From assembly GCF_003019035.1 (NCBI RefSeq), contig NZ_CP027447.1: a stretch of DNA of 64,000 nucleotides, one strand, 5' to 3'. Source of the DNA: Escherichia coli (GTDB taxonomy: Bacteria > Pseudomonadota > Gammaproteobacteria > Enterobacterales > Enterobacteriaceae). Below are positions 1 to 10,803 of the stretch, piece by piece. Numbering within the stretch: the first letter of the stretch is position 1; each line of letters opens with the position of its first letter. Made by a program: the position numbers and the translations under genes. Below the pieces are notes generated by a model, which was not told the DNA's origin, made no database searches, and saw nothing but the letters and a program-made list of their open reading frames with translations.

Positions 1-415
1 ATACCTCCCCCGTACGGTCCAAAATTTGAATACCAACATTTTGGGCAGAGCCTGCCGCTGAACTCTGCAGCGCTAACGTATCGTCATTACTGGTGACAGT
101 AGTACCCAGGAATGCAACAGCTGCATTACTGGAAACATTGGTATCACAATCATTCAACTTGATATTGAAGCCAACGGCAGAGCTGAGGTCACCCGCTTTA
201 GCCAGGCGAGAAGAACGGACCTGACCCAGCTCAACCGTTTGGTTCATTGATTCTGAATCAATCGCACAAGCGGCATTTACCACTTCACCTTTAAAATGAA
301 TAACACCGCCATTAACAGTGGTCGTTACTGATTCATCACCCTCGGCTGCGCTTACCGCAGCAGACGACATCGCCAACACAGAAACGACAATCATACCGAC
401 ATGTTTGAGTTTCAT
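1..415 (-). CDS. Type 1 (FimA-family) fimbrial major subunit, partial; start codon at 413-415, 3' end runs off the window
   Basis: Reverse-strand translation [55 protein letters not shown]... has a signal peptide and the Cys-containing fimbrial subunit pattern; open frame to position 1. Confidence 0.7.
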   Translation of the reverse strand, partial: MKLKHVGMIVVSVLAMSSAAVSAAEGDESVTTTVNGGVIHFKGEVVNAACAIDSESMNQTVELGQVRSSRLAKAGDLSSAVGFNIKLNDCDTNVSSNAAVAFLGTTVTSNDDTLALQSSAAGSAQNVGIQILDRTGEV

Positions 416-848
416 AATTCTCCAAAATTTATATTTAAGTAGCTGAATAAAGAAAGTTAACAATCAAGTCATTCTGTTATTGCTTATAAAACAAGAATCA
501 TTCTTGATGGGATATTGCCCTGAGAATATAGTTTCCGGGGTTATTACATTTCACGAAGAACGATAATATCTTTAAATTACAAGGACACCTAATCACAACA
601 AGTTTATTGCAGCACTTGTTGTAGAGAGTATTTGCAAAGACATTTTATGTCGCTAAATAACATGACAATTTCATTATGCATGTTATTTATAAACCGTGAC
701 TAAACAGAATATTATTGCGAACAAGGGAAGTGTCAGGAAAGGTCAAGAGCGACCAATGGCTTATATGGCTATAAATCATTAGCTATAGTTAATGTTTGCC
801 TGGTGTAACTAACACGGAATTGCTCTAAACAGATAAGTGCAGGGTTTA

Positions 849-1103
849 TTAAAGCTGACCGACAGACTTTCTTAACCTGGTAATATCTCTCTTAGGTGAC
901 TCTCCAAACATCCGCGAATATTCCCGACAGAAATGGGATAAGCTTTCGTAACCGACAACATAGGCTGCAGTGGTGACATCGTAATGTTCATTCAGCATCA
1001 GTCGCCTGACTTCATTGAGGCGTAGCCATTTCTGATACCGGAGTGGACTCATTCCCGCAAGCTGTCTGAAGTGTTGATGGAAAGAGGGGGTGTTCATTTG
1101 CAC
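849..1103 (-). pseudogene. yneL: AraC-family regulator C-terminal HTH fragment (yneL-like)
   Basis: 84-aa ORF carries only the second AraC-type HTH (…SPLRYQKWLRLNEVRRLMLNEHYDVTTAAYVVGYESLSHFCREYSRMFGESP); no full-length frame upstream. Confidence 0.55.
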
Positions 1104-1383
1104 GCGGTTTGCCAGCCTGACTCTTCAACGCAGGGAAGATGCGGCAAACGGCAAACCTGCATACCAGCCAGCCTATATCCGGTATGCACAGGCCAATCAT
1201 GAAAGAGGAGAGGCTTTATGTTCTGGAACCCTGAAGTAATAACGACGACCGAAAAATCGCTTCGCATCACTCAAATTACATTTAACATAATATACATTAT
1301 GCGCACCAACATAAACCAAGGGAGAATCCAGTCGTTGGCGGTCATGATTGTCCTGCTCATTAACAACGGCCAAACCCCATATC

Positions 1384-2706
1384 TTACTTAATACCGTATT
1401 CTCGGCTTAACCGACGGTGCAACCTTAACACATTGGTTTCAACTGCCGTCACCACGTTCTCCGGAAAATCTGTCGGTAATGAAGTCTTCACATGATCCAG
1501 TGCTGCCGGAATCATTCTGGCAAAGTCACTCAGGATTTCATGCATCTGCACTTGCGGAAATTTCAGCACCTTTGCTGTCGCCAGAAAATGTCGCGGATAA
1601 ATTTTATCGATTGCCGTTTTTTTGCCTTTGGATGCGTTAAGCCCCATTGCCAGTTTGAGATCGCTGATGTGTATTCCTGCGCCACCCAATACCGGAAATG
1701 CTGAAATGATGTCGTAAAATGGCGTGAGTCGATAACTGCCGCCAGCCTGAATAAATACGGAGAAGTTTTTTGCATGGCCATCCGTTGCGCCAATCAACCA
1801 CTGGAAGACCTGGAATTTCATAAAATCATAACGATCTTTCAGCGCCTCGCTGGACCCCATCAAAAAAGCCATGATCCGCGCGATGCCTGGGCCTCCATCT
1901 GATTCATATTTCACCGATGAAGGTAAACCAAATGTCTGACACATATCCTCCTGTGGCAAGCGAAGTAAAACCGTTCGCTCAGTATTCCAACGCCTGTCAA
2001 AACGTTCGACCGCTAACGCGCGCACATTTCCCGCTTTAATGATTTCTGCGTCCGGCACATTCAACCCAAGTTCTTTCGCCAGCAGCAGACAGTAATACTC
2101 ATTATCAACGCTTTGGCTGAGATCGAGCGTCGCATTGGGCTGCCTGATTTCGCCAATCGGTAATTTAATGATGTGCGTCGTCGGCGTTATTCCTTTCGGA
2201 ATGCACCAGTCATTGCCTATTCTGAGCAGTGCTGTCTTCTCCTGTGCGCCAGCAACCGAGATGCGAAAGTCATTTTCTTCTCTAATCATGCCTAGCGGGA
2301 TATCTGCTTTATAAGCCGTTAATACTTCTTCAAGTCTGGCTTCAGTAAGCTTTTCCCATGCCATTATCGGACGCGTTACGGTTTCGTCTTCGGGTATTAA
2401 CGTCACAGCACCAACGCTGTCTCGCCCTATTTCTGACAATAAATCAAACGGTTGTCTGGATTTAGCATGATAACGTTTAACGATCCGGTCACGTACAATC
2501 GGGCTATCGGGTAGCAGGTTATCGAAGAAGTTAAATACAGCATCAGAGGTGATATTCCCCCTCTGCAATGGCAGCGAAAGTGATAACGGTCTGGCATAAC
2601 GGTTGGCTAACCACTCCGGTGCATACTTAAAGGTGTGCGCGCCGTTGGCTAACTTCGTTAACTCGCCTACCCGCTGGTTGTTCATCCAGGTGACAAGTTT
2701 AGGCAT
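1384..2706 (-). CDS. hipA: HipA serine/threonine kinase toxin (440 aa from MPKLVTWMNNQRVGE)
   Basis: Full-length match to HipA; the 459-aa track ORF is an upstream extension overlapping hipB; true ATG overlaps the hipB stop by 1 nt. Confidence 0.95.
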   Translation of the reverse strand: MPKLVTWMNNQRVGELTKLANGAHTFKYAPEWLANRYARPLSLSLPLQRGNITSDAVFNFFDNLLPDSPIVRDRIVKRYHAKSRQPFDLLSEIGRDSVGAVTLIPEDETVTRPIMAWEKLTEARLEEVLTAYKADIPLGMIREENDFRISVAGAQEKTALLRIGNDWCIPKGITPTTHIIKLPIGEIRQPNATLDLSQSVDNEYYCLLLAKELGLNVPDAEIIKAGNVRALAVERFDRRWNTERTVLLRLPQEDMCQTFGLPSSVKYESDGGPGIARIMAFLMGSSEALKDRYDFMKFQVFQWLIGATDGHAKNFSVFIQAGGSYRLTPFYDIISAFPVLGGAGIHISDLKLAMGLNASKGKKTAIDKIYPRHFLATAKVLKFPQVQMHEILSDFARMIPAALDHVKTSLPTDFPENVVTAVETNVLRLHRRLSREYGIK

Positions 2707-2972
2707 TACCACTCCAGATCTTGCTGTTCTGTTGATTCTGGCGAGGCATTTTTCGTGTCGCATAGCGTCATTGAGAGTTCAAGCGACTGTAAAATCTTAA
2801 AAAATGTCGTGAGCGTGGTATTGTCAGGGTTGTTTTCGAAATTGGAAATTGTCGCCTGCTTAATACCGATTTTTTTCGCCAGCTCGCTCTGCGTCCAGCC
2901 ATTTTGCTGACGAACCAGTTTCATTGCATTCGCTAATTGCGTTGGGTTATAGATCTTCTGAAAGCTCATCAT
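2706..2972 (-). CDS. hipB: HipB antitoxin, Xre-type HTH repressor (88 aa from MMSFQK)
   Basis: Sequence recognised as HipB; position immediately upstream of and overlapping hipA. Confidence 0.9.
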   Translation of the reverse strand: MMSFQKIYNPTQLANAMKLVRQQNGWTQSELAKKIGIKQATISNFENNPDNTTLTTFFKILQSLELSMTLCDTKNASPESTEQQDLEW

Positions 2973-2993
2973 GTCATACGTCCACAGCATATT

Positions 2994-3107
2994 TATCCGC
3001 TCAAGGGGATATTATCAGTTTTATCCTTTAGTGGGGATAAAGTCAATCAGGAAACACATCTTATCCGCTCTACGGGATAAACACTGTGATATCCGCGATC
3101 GCGGATA
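2994..3107. promoter_or_regulatory. hipBA promoter-operator region with four TATCC-N8-GGATA HipB operators
   Basis: Palindromes read directly at 2994-3011, 3022-3039, 3062-3079 and 3090-3107. Confidence 0.85.
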
Positions 3108-3146
3108 AAAAGGAGGATTTAAAAGTCGTTTGAAGTCGGCAATATT

Positions 3147-3175
3147 AAGCCGCATGCATCTTCGACATGCGGCTT
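3147..3175 (-). terminator. Candidate terminator hairpin downstream of the autotransporter gene
   Basis: 10-bp perfect stem AAGCCGCATG / CATGCGGCTT; trailing U-tract on the minus strand is weak. Confidence 0.35.
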
Positions 3176-3182
3176 ATACGGT

Positions 3183-6100
3183 TTACCAGCTATATTTCAC
3201 ACCCAGCATGCCCTGAGTATCGCTATAGCCTTTATCACCTAGTTGCACACCGACATTCCCCCACAGGCTAAGGTTGTTATTTACTTTCGCCTCAACCCCG
3301 GTACGTACTTCACCGAGATTACGCGCACCATCACGGCTTACGTTTTGACCATTCATCTTCACGGCGTAGACTTTGCTGTTGTTGATCCAGTTCGCTTCAA
3401 TGTAAGGCTGGAACTCACGCTGTTTACCATTGTCACGCTGGTGATGACTGTTCTGGTAGGTTTTCACCCCAAGTCGTGTTTGCACGTTTCCGTCTCCTTC
3501 CGTTTCAATGCGTGTTCCGTCTTTCCGGGTATGGTCAGAATCTTTCACACCCATCCAGGTGATTTGTACCTGTGGCTGGACGTACCAGGTATTCAGCGTC
3601 CCTTCGCTGCCGCTAAATGTTCCCGCTTCAAAGGTATACCCACCCTCAACAGAGGCCGTCACACCGCGAGAATCATAGTCGTCAGCAGAACGGTTATCGG
3701 AACTGACGCTGTTATCAAACCAGTTATACAGCGCCCAGCTGTCAACATAAGCGCCGGTCTTATTCGCATCGTTCTGATACCAGGTCGCGTACAGTCCTGC
3801 GCTGTAACCGCTGATGCGCCCATCCGATTTATAACCCACATGATTACTCTGAGTATTACTGTGCTGATTGGCATAGCCTGCCATCACGCCGAGATGCCAG
3901 CGATCCTGCGCGTTGCTACTCCACTGCGCCAAATCGCCGCCTAGCTGCAATACATAGCGGTTAGCCTGAGTATTTAGCTGACCATCACCGGTCCTGAAAC
4001 GTTCGTGCCCTCCGACATGACGCATCCATATACTGGTTGCCGAATCCTGAACTCGCAGTGAATCTGTATACTGCGGCTCACCCAGACGGTCGTGTAAGCG
4101 ATGGCTAAACAGCGAGTTGGCTGCGGCAATGTTGCTGATATAGCTTCCGGCCTCCGGGCGATAAACTGATGGGCCTTCCGGATCCACAACAGGGGGATTA
4201 TTGATGGGATCGGGTGTATCCGCTGGCGTTACGCCGTCCCATTTACTGGTCAGATACCAGTTTTTCTCGTCATTCCCCTTCCCTTTAGCCAGCGTGTAGA
4301 CGTAAGCCCCAGCTTCGACAGTTCCGGTGGTCAGCGCGAAGTTACCTGCAGAATTACCGCCAACCTCAATGAGTTCAATACCGTTGACCGTTTGTGCACC
4401 GACGCCGCCAATGTTATTAACCCGAACGCGGGTATTGCCCTGCGTATCACCTTTTACGTTCATTTTATCCGTGGGGGAATTATCGCTACCCAGCGTCGCG
4501 TTGAACGTCATCAGGCCATTGTTTCCGGTATAGTTACCGTTAACGGTCAGTACATTCCCCGGTTTCCCCCCTTCGCTGTTCATTTGAACCGTGCCACCAT
4601 TCTCCAGGTTACCGCCGACAGTGGTTTTAGCGACACGCAGTGTCCCCCCAGGCATAACGTTCACATCACCTGCAGTGGTGACATTTCCCGACATCACACC
4701 GCTGTTATGGATATTAATGTGCTGACTTGCCATATTAATGGCAGAGTCGGAACCGAAAGCAATTTCACCACCCACGATATCCGTCGTACCCTGGTACGCC
4801 GCGGAATCGTTGTTAAGAGTCAGGATCCCGGACCCCAGTTTTGTCACACCGCCGCTACCGGTGATACTGTGCGTCATCGCCCAGCTACGCTCAGTGGAGA
4901 TGGTGAGCAGGCCATTATTGATAACGGAAGCATCACCCAGGTTTTTCTGCTCGTTGACGCTGAGCGCGCTGCCTGTATCAATGTTGAATTGCCCCACAAA
5001 GCGGCTATTATCGCCATCCAGCTCTACGTCTGTCCTGGCGGTTGCGCTCACGATACCCTTCCCGCTTATGCTATTACGCAGTTCGCCGGTCACGTTTTTT
5101 AGCGTTAACAGACCGTCATTGGCAATATTTCCTCTGCCTAACCCCTGCGTATTATCGAGGCTGACTTCCGCATTTGGGCTAACGCTGGTTAACGCATTGT
5201 AGCGTGCATTAAGCCCCTCGATAGCCAGCGTTCCCCCTGTAACATTCAGGTTTCCGCCACCTGTCAGTTCACCCTGACTGATCCCACCTTTATTCACCGT
5301 CAGCGACCCTTCTTTGAACAAAACAGTCGAACCCATCTGCCCGGTGAATGTCTCTACCGTCTGCGTCGATCCATTAAGATCGACGATGGCCGCGTTGCTG
5401 ATGTTCAGTTCCCGGGTGTTGCCCAGCGCGCCATCCGCATCGGTACGTAATGTCCCCATCTGAACGTAGGTTGCCCCCTGATAGTCGTTCTGACCGTTGG
5501 AAAGCGAAACCTGTCGCACCGTATTGATTGCCAGATCCCCTTCACCACCGATTTTTGCCGACATATCGGCCGTTGCGCCATAGGCTCCGCCATGTTCGGC
5601 TAATGTCAGCTTTTGCCCACCATGGATGTTCAGCGCTTTCAGCCCATAGTTAACGTACAAACCATCACCTGGTGCGGTCGTGAGGCGGAATCCATAATCA
5701 CCCTCGGCGACCACCGTTCCGTTTTGCGCAATGTGTAACGTTTTGTCCGCTTCCACCTCGTCGCCCTGTAAATCACGTAACGTTAATGAGCCACCCGACC
5801 CAATAACCGTTTGCGCCTTCACCAGTTGAACGCCGACATGGTTATCATCGTGTTCCAGCAAATTGAGCGTCGTCAGAGGGTTATTCGCCATGGGATCATT
5901 CCACGGTTTAGGCACGTCGATAAGCACGTCGCCCGTCCCGTTTACCTGATAGTTACGGCCTTTCCAGGTGTAGTCACCCGCGCCGACAGCCAGCGTATCG
6001 ACGCTGATATATCCCTCCGCAAGCGTCGCAGCAGGTATATCCGTATCGAAAGTGAGCGTACCGCCATTCATGGCTAGTCCACCAATGGATTGCTCTCCCA

Positions 6101-8603
6101 CGTTTACCGATGTGGTATTTTCACTGTCAGACTGAAGCATCGCGTGAGTAAGCGCAGCGGTGTTGTCGCGTTCCAGTGTGAAGGTACTGTCTTTCAGTTG
6201 GACAACACCGGCGAATTCAGTTCCTGTTGCATGGGTAAAGCCAAACATTTTGTCGGAGGATGACAGCTGCACTCGCATCAAGCCATCGCCTTTGAGCGCA
6301 TTGGTCAGCGTGTAATCTCCTGCGCTGTTCGTTGATGCGAGAATGTCGAGCGTACCGGGGCTTGCAATGGTGACTTCACTCGAACCCATGCCCGTTACCC
6401 CATCTGCCGTATGTGACGCAATGGTCAGGAGGCCGTCATTGACCAGCGTTTTACCGCTATAAGTATTCCCTGCATTGAACACCGTATGGCCTGCATCATG
6501 TATCACTTTTCCGTCTTTATCGTCACCCGTAATCAGCATATCGACCTGGTAGCCGGCATCACTGTTATTGGTATGATTAAAGACAAAAACACCTTCGCCA
6601 GAACCAAACTCTACTTTCGTCGCGTTGGCGATAAACCCGGCATCTGCCGCCGCCTCACCGTGAGCAGCACCAATGTTTAGCGTTCCTACAGCAGGTTCAA
6701 AAAGACCTAAGTAAACTTCGCCACCTTCGACATTCAGCGTGCCGTTATTCGTCAGGGTTAACGTACCCGTACCAGACGTCCCTACATTCATATTGAATGT
6801 TTCAAGAAGAGAGTTCTGCCCATCCACCCGCACGTCGCCCTTACTTTTGTCATTCAGAGCTATCTGTGTATCACGCGCTTTAACTATACCTCCGGTGGTA
6901 ATATTCAGTTCACCCGTACCTAATACACCGACCTGTAGCAATTGGGCGTTAGTAGATGACGTTTTTAAATTCCAGAGACTATCCGTTGAAATATTAACTA
7001 TCCCCTTACCGGAGGCATTTCCTCCGATAAATCCATAGCCCGTTGAATTAAGGGTGGCACCATTACTGACATTTACGATGCCGCTACCAAAATTACCGAC
7101 ATTGATACCTACAGTATCGAACGATGATGTCGCATCCATCAGGTTCAGTGTGCCGATACCGCTTGCTTTATCGCCCAAAAAAGTAATATTTTGCGATACG
7201 AACTTACCGCCATCGCTGATATTGAGGTTTCCGACGCCCGCAACACCAATGGTGGTGTAGACATTCTTATTGACCTCCCATATCCCCCCCGTGGTGATGC
7301 TAACCTTCCCGACGCCGGTTTCTCCATAACCGAGTGAACTTCCTCCGTTGCTGACAACAAGCCCCTCATTACTGATATTCATTTCGCCGTGGCCGTCATA
7401 ACCAAGATTAGTTCCGAGATTAGTGATAACGGAGTTCTTATCCTTAACAGTAATGTTGCCTGTGCCTGTTTCTTTCATCCCCGCAGTGATAATTCCCGAA
7501 TCTACTTTGCCTTCACTAGAGACATTAAGTTCACCGTCGCCAGCATCACCGATATAGATATAGCGGAAAGCTTCGCCCGTTCCGAGGAAATTCCAATGCC
7601 CTTTATCGGTCACGTTGACGACACCGTGGGAACCGTCCTGAACGCCCACCAATGAATATTCTTTGTTATTAATCAGTCCATTATTGGAAATATTGACTTT
7701 GCCATTACCGAAATATCCATTATAGAGTCTGCGTACCGTGATGACAGAGTCTTGATCCTGCACATTCAGGGTTCCGATACCGGTGGCATTGCCTCCGATA
7801 ATCGTATTTTCAGCCGTAATTAGCCCACCCTCGCGAATAGTCGCTTCCCCAGTTCCTTGATTACCAATTTGAAATTCAATTGAGGAATCGTTATTTTTTA
7901 TTAGCCACTCACCGCCCTTTTCAACGACAACCTTACCATTACTGTTCGCTTGATATCCTACAGTGGCGACTATTGAACTCGTGACGTAACCCTTATCCGT
8001 AATATTTAATGAGCCCGTACCGTAACTCCCTATTTCGAATAATTCGGTCGTCAGAACCGAGTCCTCTCCCTCAACATTAACCGTCCCGACGCCTCCTGTC
8101 GAAGAACCTATCCTTAAATATCCTCCGTCAACGTGACCCTTCTGTTTAATATTCAGCGTCCCCGTTCCGGATTGACCCACATTTAAAGGCCTTGCATTAT
8201 TTCCGCTATCATACAATCGCCAGGTCCCACCCAAAACATTAACGGTGCCCTCCGAGTCCTCATTAGCGCCAATGACGCTGGTAGTAATAGTGGTTAAGGA
8301 AGCATTACCGCCAGCCAAAATATTAAGCACTCCAGTGCCATACCAGCCAACCAGGTAGGCATCATAAGCAACATCAGTATCAATATTGGTAATCTGACCA
8401 TTATCAACTTCCAGACTCGCACCAGACGCTGAACCGCTTAGTGCCAGCAAAACACCCAGCGTCAATCTACTGAGTTTCGTTGTCAGTCCAGAGGATTTAC
8501 GCAAATTAACCGTCGATGTTTTACCTACCCTGCGAGTTAATTCAGAGCAGGCCTGAAATACCTGTAGAGTGCAATTCCATATCACGCGATAGATTCTATT
8601 CAT
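3183..8603 (-). CDS. AIDA-I-type autotransporter adhesin, 1806 aa, intact (YdeK/YneO-family locus)
   Basis: N-terminal extended signal peptide (MNRIYRVIWN...), long Gly/Thr/Asn-rich beta-helix passenger repeats, C-terminal beta-barrel ending ...LGVKYSW. Confidence 0.85.
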   Translation of the reverse strand: MNRIYRVIWNCTLQVFQACSELTRRVGKTSTVNLRKSSGLTTKLSRLTLGVLLALSGSASGASLEVDNGQITNIDTDVAYDAYLVGWYGTGVLNILAGGNASLTTITTSVIGANEDSEGTVNVLGGTWRLYDSGNNARPLNVGQSGTGTLNIKQKGHVDGGYLRIGSSTGGVGTVNVEGEDSVLTTELFEIGSYGTGSLNITDKGYVTSSIVATVGYQANSNGKVVVEKGGEWLIKNNDSSIEFQIGNQGTGEATIREGGLITAENTIIGGNATGIGTLNVQDQDSVITVRRLYNGYFGNGKVNISNNGLINNKEYSLVGVQDGSHGVVNVTDKGHWNFLGTGEAFRYIYIGDAGDGELNVSSEGKVDSGIITAGMKETGTGNITVKDKNSVITNLGTNLGYDGHGEMNISNEGLVVSNGGSSLGYGETGVGKVSITTGGIWEVNKNVYTTIGVAGVGNLNISDGGKFVSQNITFLGDKASGIGTLNLMDATSSFDTVGINVGNFGSGIVNVSNGATLNSTGYGFIGGNASGKGIVNISTDSLWNLKTSSTNAQLLQVGVLGTGELNITTGGIVKARDTQIALNDKSKGDVRVDGQNSLLETFNMNVGTSGTGTLTLTNNGTLNVEGGEVYLGLFEPAVGTLNIGAAHGEAAADAGFIANATKVEFGSGEGVFVFNHTNNSDAGYQVDMLITGDDKDGKVIHDAGHTVFNAGNTYSGKTLVNDGLLTIASHTADGVTGMGSSEVTIASPGTLDILASTNSAGDYTLTNALKGDGLMRVQLSSSDKMFGFTHATGTEFAGVVQLKDSTFTLERDNTAALTHAMLQSDSENTTSVNVGEQSIGGLAMNGGTLTFDTDIPAATLAEGYISVDTLAVGAGDYTWKGRNYQVNGTGDVLIDVPKPWNDPMANNPLTTLNLLEHDDNHVGVQLVKAQTVIGSGGSLTLRDLQGDEVEADKTLHIAQNGTVVAEGDYGFRLTTAPGDGLYVNYGLKALNIHGGQKLTLAEHGGAYGATADMSAKIGGEGDLAINTVRQVSLSNGQNDYQGATYVQMGTLRTDADGALGNTRELNISNAAIVDLNGSTQTVETFTGQMGSTVLFKEGSLTVNKGGISQGELTGGGNLNVTGGTLAIEGLNARYNALTSVSPNAEVSLDNTQGLGRGNIANDGLLTLKNVTGELRNSISGKGIVSATARTDVELDGDNSRFVGQFNIDTGSALSVNEQKNLGDASVINNGLLTISTERSWAMTHSITGSGGVTKLGSGILTLNNDSAAYQGTTDIVGGEIAFGSDSAINMASQHINIHNSGVMSGNVTTAGDVNVMPGGTLRVAKTTVGGNLENGGTVQMNSEGGKPGNVLTVNGNYTGNNGLMTFNATLGSDNSPTDKMNVKGDTQGNTRVRVNNIGGVGAQTVNGIELIEVGGNSAGNFALTTGTVEAGAYVYTLAKGKGNDEKNWYLTSKWDGVTPADTPDPINNPPVVDPEGPSVYRPEAGSYISNIAAANSLFSHRLHDRLGEPQYTDSLRVQDSATSIWMRHVGGHERFRTGDGQLNTQANRYVLQLGGDLAQWSSNAQDRWHLGVMAGYANQHSNTQSNHVGYKSDGRISGYSAGLYATWYQNDANKTGAYVDSWALYNWFDNSVSSDNRSADDYDSRGVTASVEGGYTFEAGTFSGSEGTLNTWYVQPQVQITWMGVKDSDHTRKDGTRIETEGDGNVQTRLGVKTYQNSHHQRDNGKQREFQPYIEANWINNSKVYAVKMNGQNVSRDGARNLGEVRTGVEAKVNNNLSLWGNVGVQLGDKGYSDTQGMLGVKYSW

Positions 8604-9087
8604 ATAAACGCTCCATATACAAACAATACAGCCACGAAAGAGATGAGTCGCCAGACATTAAAAATGAAACTTATTAAATTGTCAGAGGTCTGTATTGAGT
8701 GTTAGTTGGAGATGGGAAGGTGTCAATTTGGCTAATTTGCTAATGCTTTCGAATTGATAGATTAAAAATTGCATAGTTCTTATTTTATTTAAAAATGAAC
8801 TATGAGTTATTGTTGCTTAATAAGAAAAATGTTTCTTTCAATAAGAAAATTACCATCATCATATTTAACAAAGAATAGCACCAATTGCTAAAAAAGAACT
8901 CTATTAAAACTCTTTTTCATTCATTTATGCTTTTAGGAATATTCGCTATAAAATAAGGGTTATGCTTAATGCTTTAAGAAAAATAGCAATTTCCCCTTGA
9001 ATATAGTACTGGCGATGGAACGATGAATCTGCAAGCTGGCATTTAACAAGCCAGTTCTAAAAGAAGGGAAATAAGAATAACTATACT

Positions 9088-9123
9088 CAAAAACTAACAG
9101 CCACGGTCATCATGATGTGGCTG
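9088..9123 (-). terminator. Rho-independent terminator of lsrK
   Basis: Stem CAGCCAC/GTGGCTG at 9098-9123 followed on the minus strand by UUAGUUUUUGAG. Confidence 0.5.
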
Positions 9124-9132
9124 TCAATGAAA

Positions 9133-10725
9133 CTATAACCCAGGCGCTTTCCATAACGACGTCGTCAGTCCATGATCAACCAGCCCCAGCTGATCCTGAT
9201 AAACTGCCTGCCACTTATCGCGTGAATCCTGATAAAGTTCATGCTTTTCTGGGTCTGGTGTGTGCGTCCGTTCCCAGCGAACCAGGCGTTCTCCGGTTTC
9301 TGCCATTGATGAAAAAATTCCGGCACCGACGCCAGCTGCAATGGCACATCCTAATGCAGTGGCTTCTTTGACCACCGGAATATTGACGGGTAATCCCGAG
9401 ACATCAGCGAGAATTTGACTCCATAATTTCCCTTTTGAACCTCCGCCTGCAAAGACCAGAGCGGTGGGATGAATATTCGAAAAATCAGCAATTTGCTGCA
9501 AGTTACACGCTGATACAATCGCCGCATTTTCTTCCAGCGCACGGAACAATGTCGCTTTGTTACATTTATCCGGGTCAATGGACAAGTTAATAAAGGAAGG
9601 CGCAGCGTGATACCAGGTTTTAAAGCGCATTCTGTCGGAGAATATCGGCATTACGCCCCACGACCCAGGCGGCACCCGACTGGCCATCTCTTCAAGCAGC
9701 GTATAGGTGTCGATGCCTAAACGTTCGGCAATCAGTTTTTCTTCGGCACAGAAAGCATCGCGGAACCAGCGCATGGTGAGTCCGGTAAAAAAGCTTATAG
9801 ATTCAGCTTGTACCATGCCAGGAATAACATGGGGATTAACGCGCACGTTCATTTCTGGGTCTGTCACCGGCGCGGCTAAGTTTACAACTTGCTGCCAGAA
9901 TGTACCGCCAAGAACCGCGGTTTGTGCCGGACGGACAACGCCTAACCCCAGGCAACCAAGCTGCACGTCACCTCCTCCAACGACCACCGGAGTGCCCGCC
10001 TTCAGACCGCAGAGTTCCGCCGCTTGTGAACTTACCACGCCCAGCAATGTGCCGGTTTCTTTGACAGGAGAAAGAATATCGGCCCGCAGTCCGGCCATAT
10101 CCAGCAATGCAGGTTTCCAGTCACGGGTGGTTAGATCAAGAAGTCCCGTGGTGCCAGCGTTAGAGGGATCCACCGCCAGTTCGCCGCTGAGCATATAGGC
10201 CAGCCAGTCGCTGATCATGGTGATGGTCGACGCCTGTCGGTAGATATCGGAACGATGGTGCGCCAGCCAAAGTAATCTGGGGATGGCGCTTAAAGCCAGC
10301 GTTTGCCCGGTCGCTCGATAAACTTTGTTTTCAAAGGTATTGTTGTGCAGTTCTTTAAGTTCGCTAACTTCGCGCGCCGCTCTGGCATCCACATTGGCGC
10401 AGGCCCAGATCGGTGTTCCATCATTGTTATATAAAACAATGCCTTCACGCATCGAACATGCCGAAACGGCAGCGATATACTCCGGGGCTATGCCGGCGTT
10501 GTGCAGCGCCTGGCGCATACACTCACACGCCAGTTGCCAGTTTTTGTTGAGATCAAATTCCATAGAACCAGGAACGTCCGGTACTGCCAGGTGCCGCCAC
10601 TCCGCCTGTCCCACGGCTATTTGATTGCCTTCCAGGTCGAATATCACAGCCCGAATACTTCCGGTACCTGCATCCAGCGCCATCAGGTAATACTTTGATT
10701 CTGAAGGGGTAAAGAGTCGAGCCAT
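9133..10725 (-). CDS. lsrK: Autoinducer-2 kinase LsrK (530 aa)
   Basis: FGGY sugar-kinase family sequence recognised as LsrK; divergent from lsrA operon together with lsrR. Confidence 0.95.
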   Translation of the reverse strand: MARLFTPSESKYYLMALDAGTGSIRAVIFDLEGNQIAVGQAEWRHLAVPDVPGSMEFDLNKNWQLACECMRQALHNAGIAPEYIAAVSACSMREGIVLYNNDGTPIWACANVDARAAREVSELKELHNNTFENKVYRATGQTLALSAIPRLLWLAHHRSDIYRQASTITMISDWLAYMLSGELAVDPSNAGTTGLLDLTTRDWKPALLDMAGLRADILSPVKETGTLLGVVSSQAAELCGLKAGTPVVVGGGDVQLGCLGLGVVRPAQTAVLGGTFWQQVVNLAAPVTDPEMNVRVNPHVIPGMVQAESISFFTGLTMRWFRDAFCAEEKLIAERLGIDTYTLLEEMASRVPPGSWGVMPIFSDRMRFKTWYHAAPSFINLSIDPDKCNKATLFRALEENAAIVSACNLQQIADFSNIHPTALVFAGGGSKGKLWSQILADVSGLPVNIPVVKEATALGCAIAAGVGAGIFSSMAETGERLVRWERTHTPDPEKHELYQDSRDKWQAVYQDQLGLVDHGLTTSLWKAPGL

Positions 10726-10803
10726 TAGATTATCCTCGGCTTATGCGTTCTGTCTGTTCCTCTATACGTTCTCCATCATTCCCGGTAATAAGGTCATGCA
10801 AAT

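Noticed and set aside
3243-8000. Multiple 60-236-aa plus-strand and alternate-frame ORFs inside the autotransporter gene
   Set aside because: Byproducts of the repetitive Gly/Thr/Asn codon structure of the passenger domain; none has a start context or coherent sequence.
9117-10698. Plus-strand ORFs (60-163 aa) overlapping lsrK
   Set aside because: Antisense to a securely identified gene; Ser/Pro/Thr/Arg-rich.
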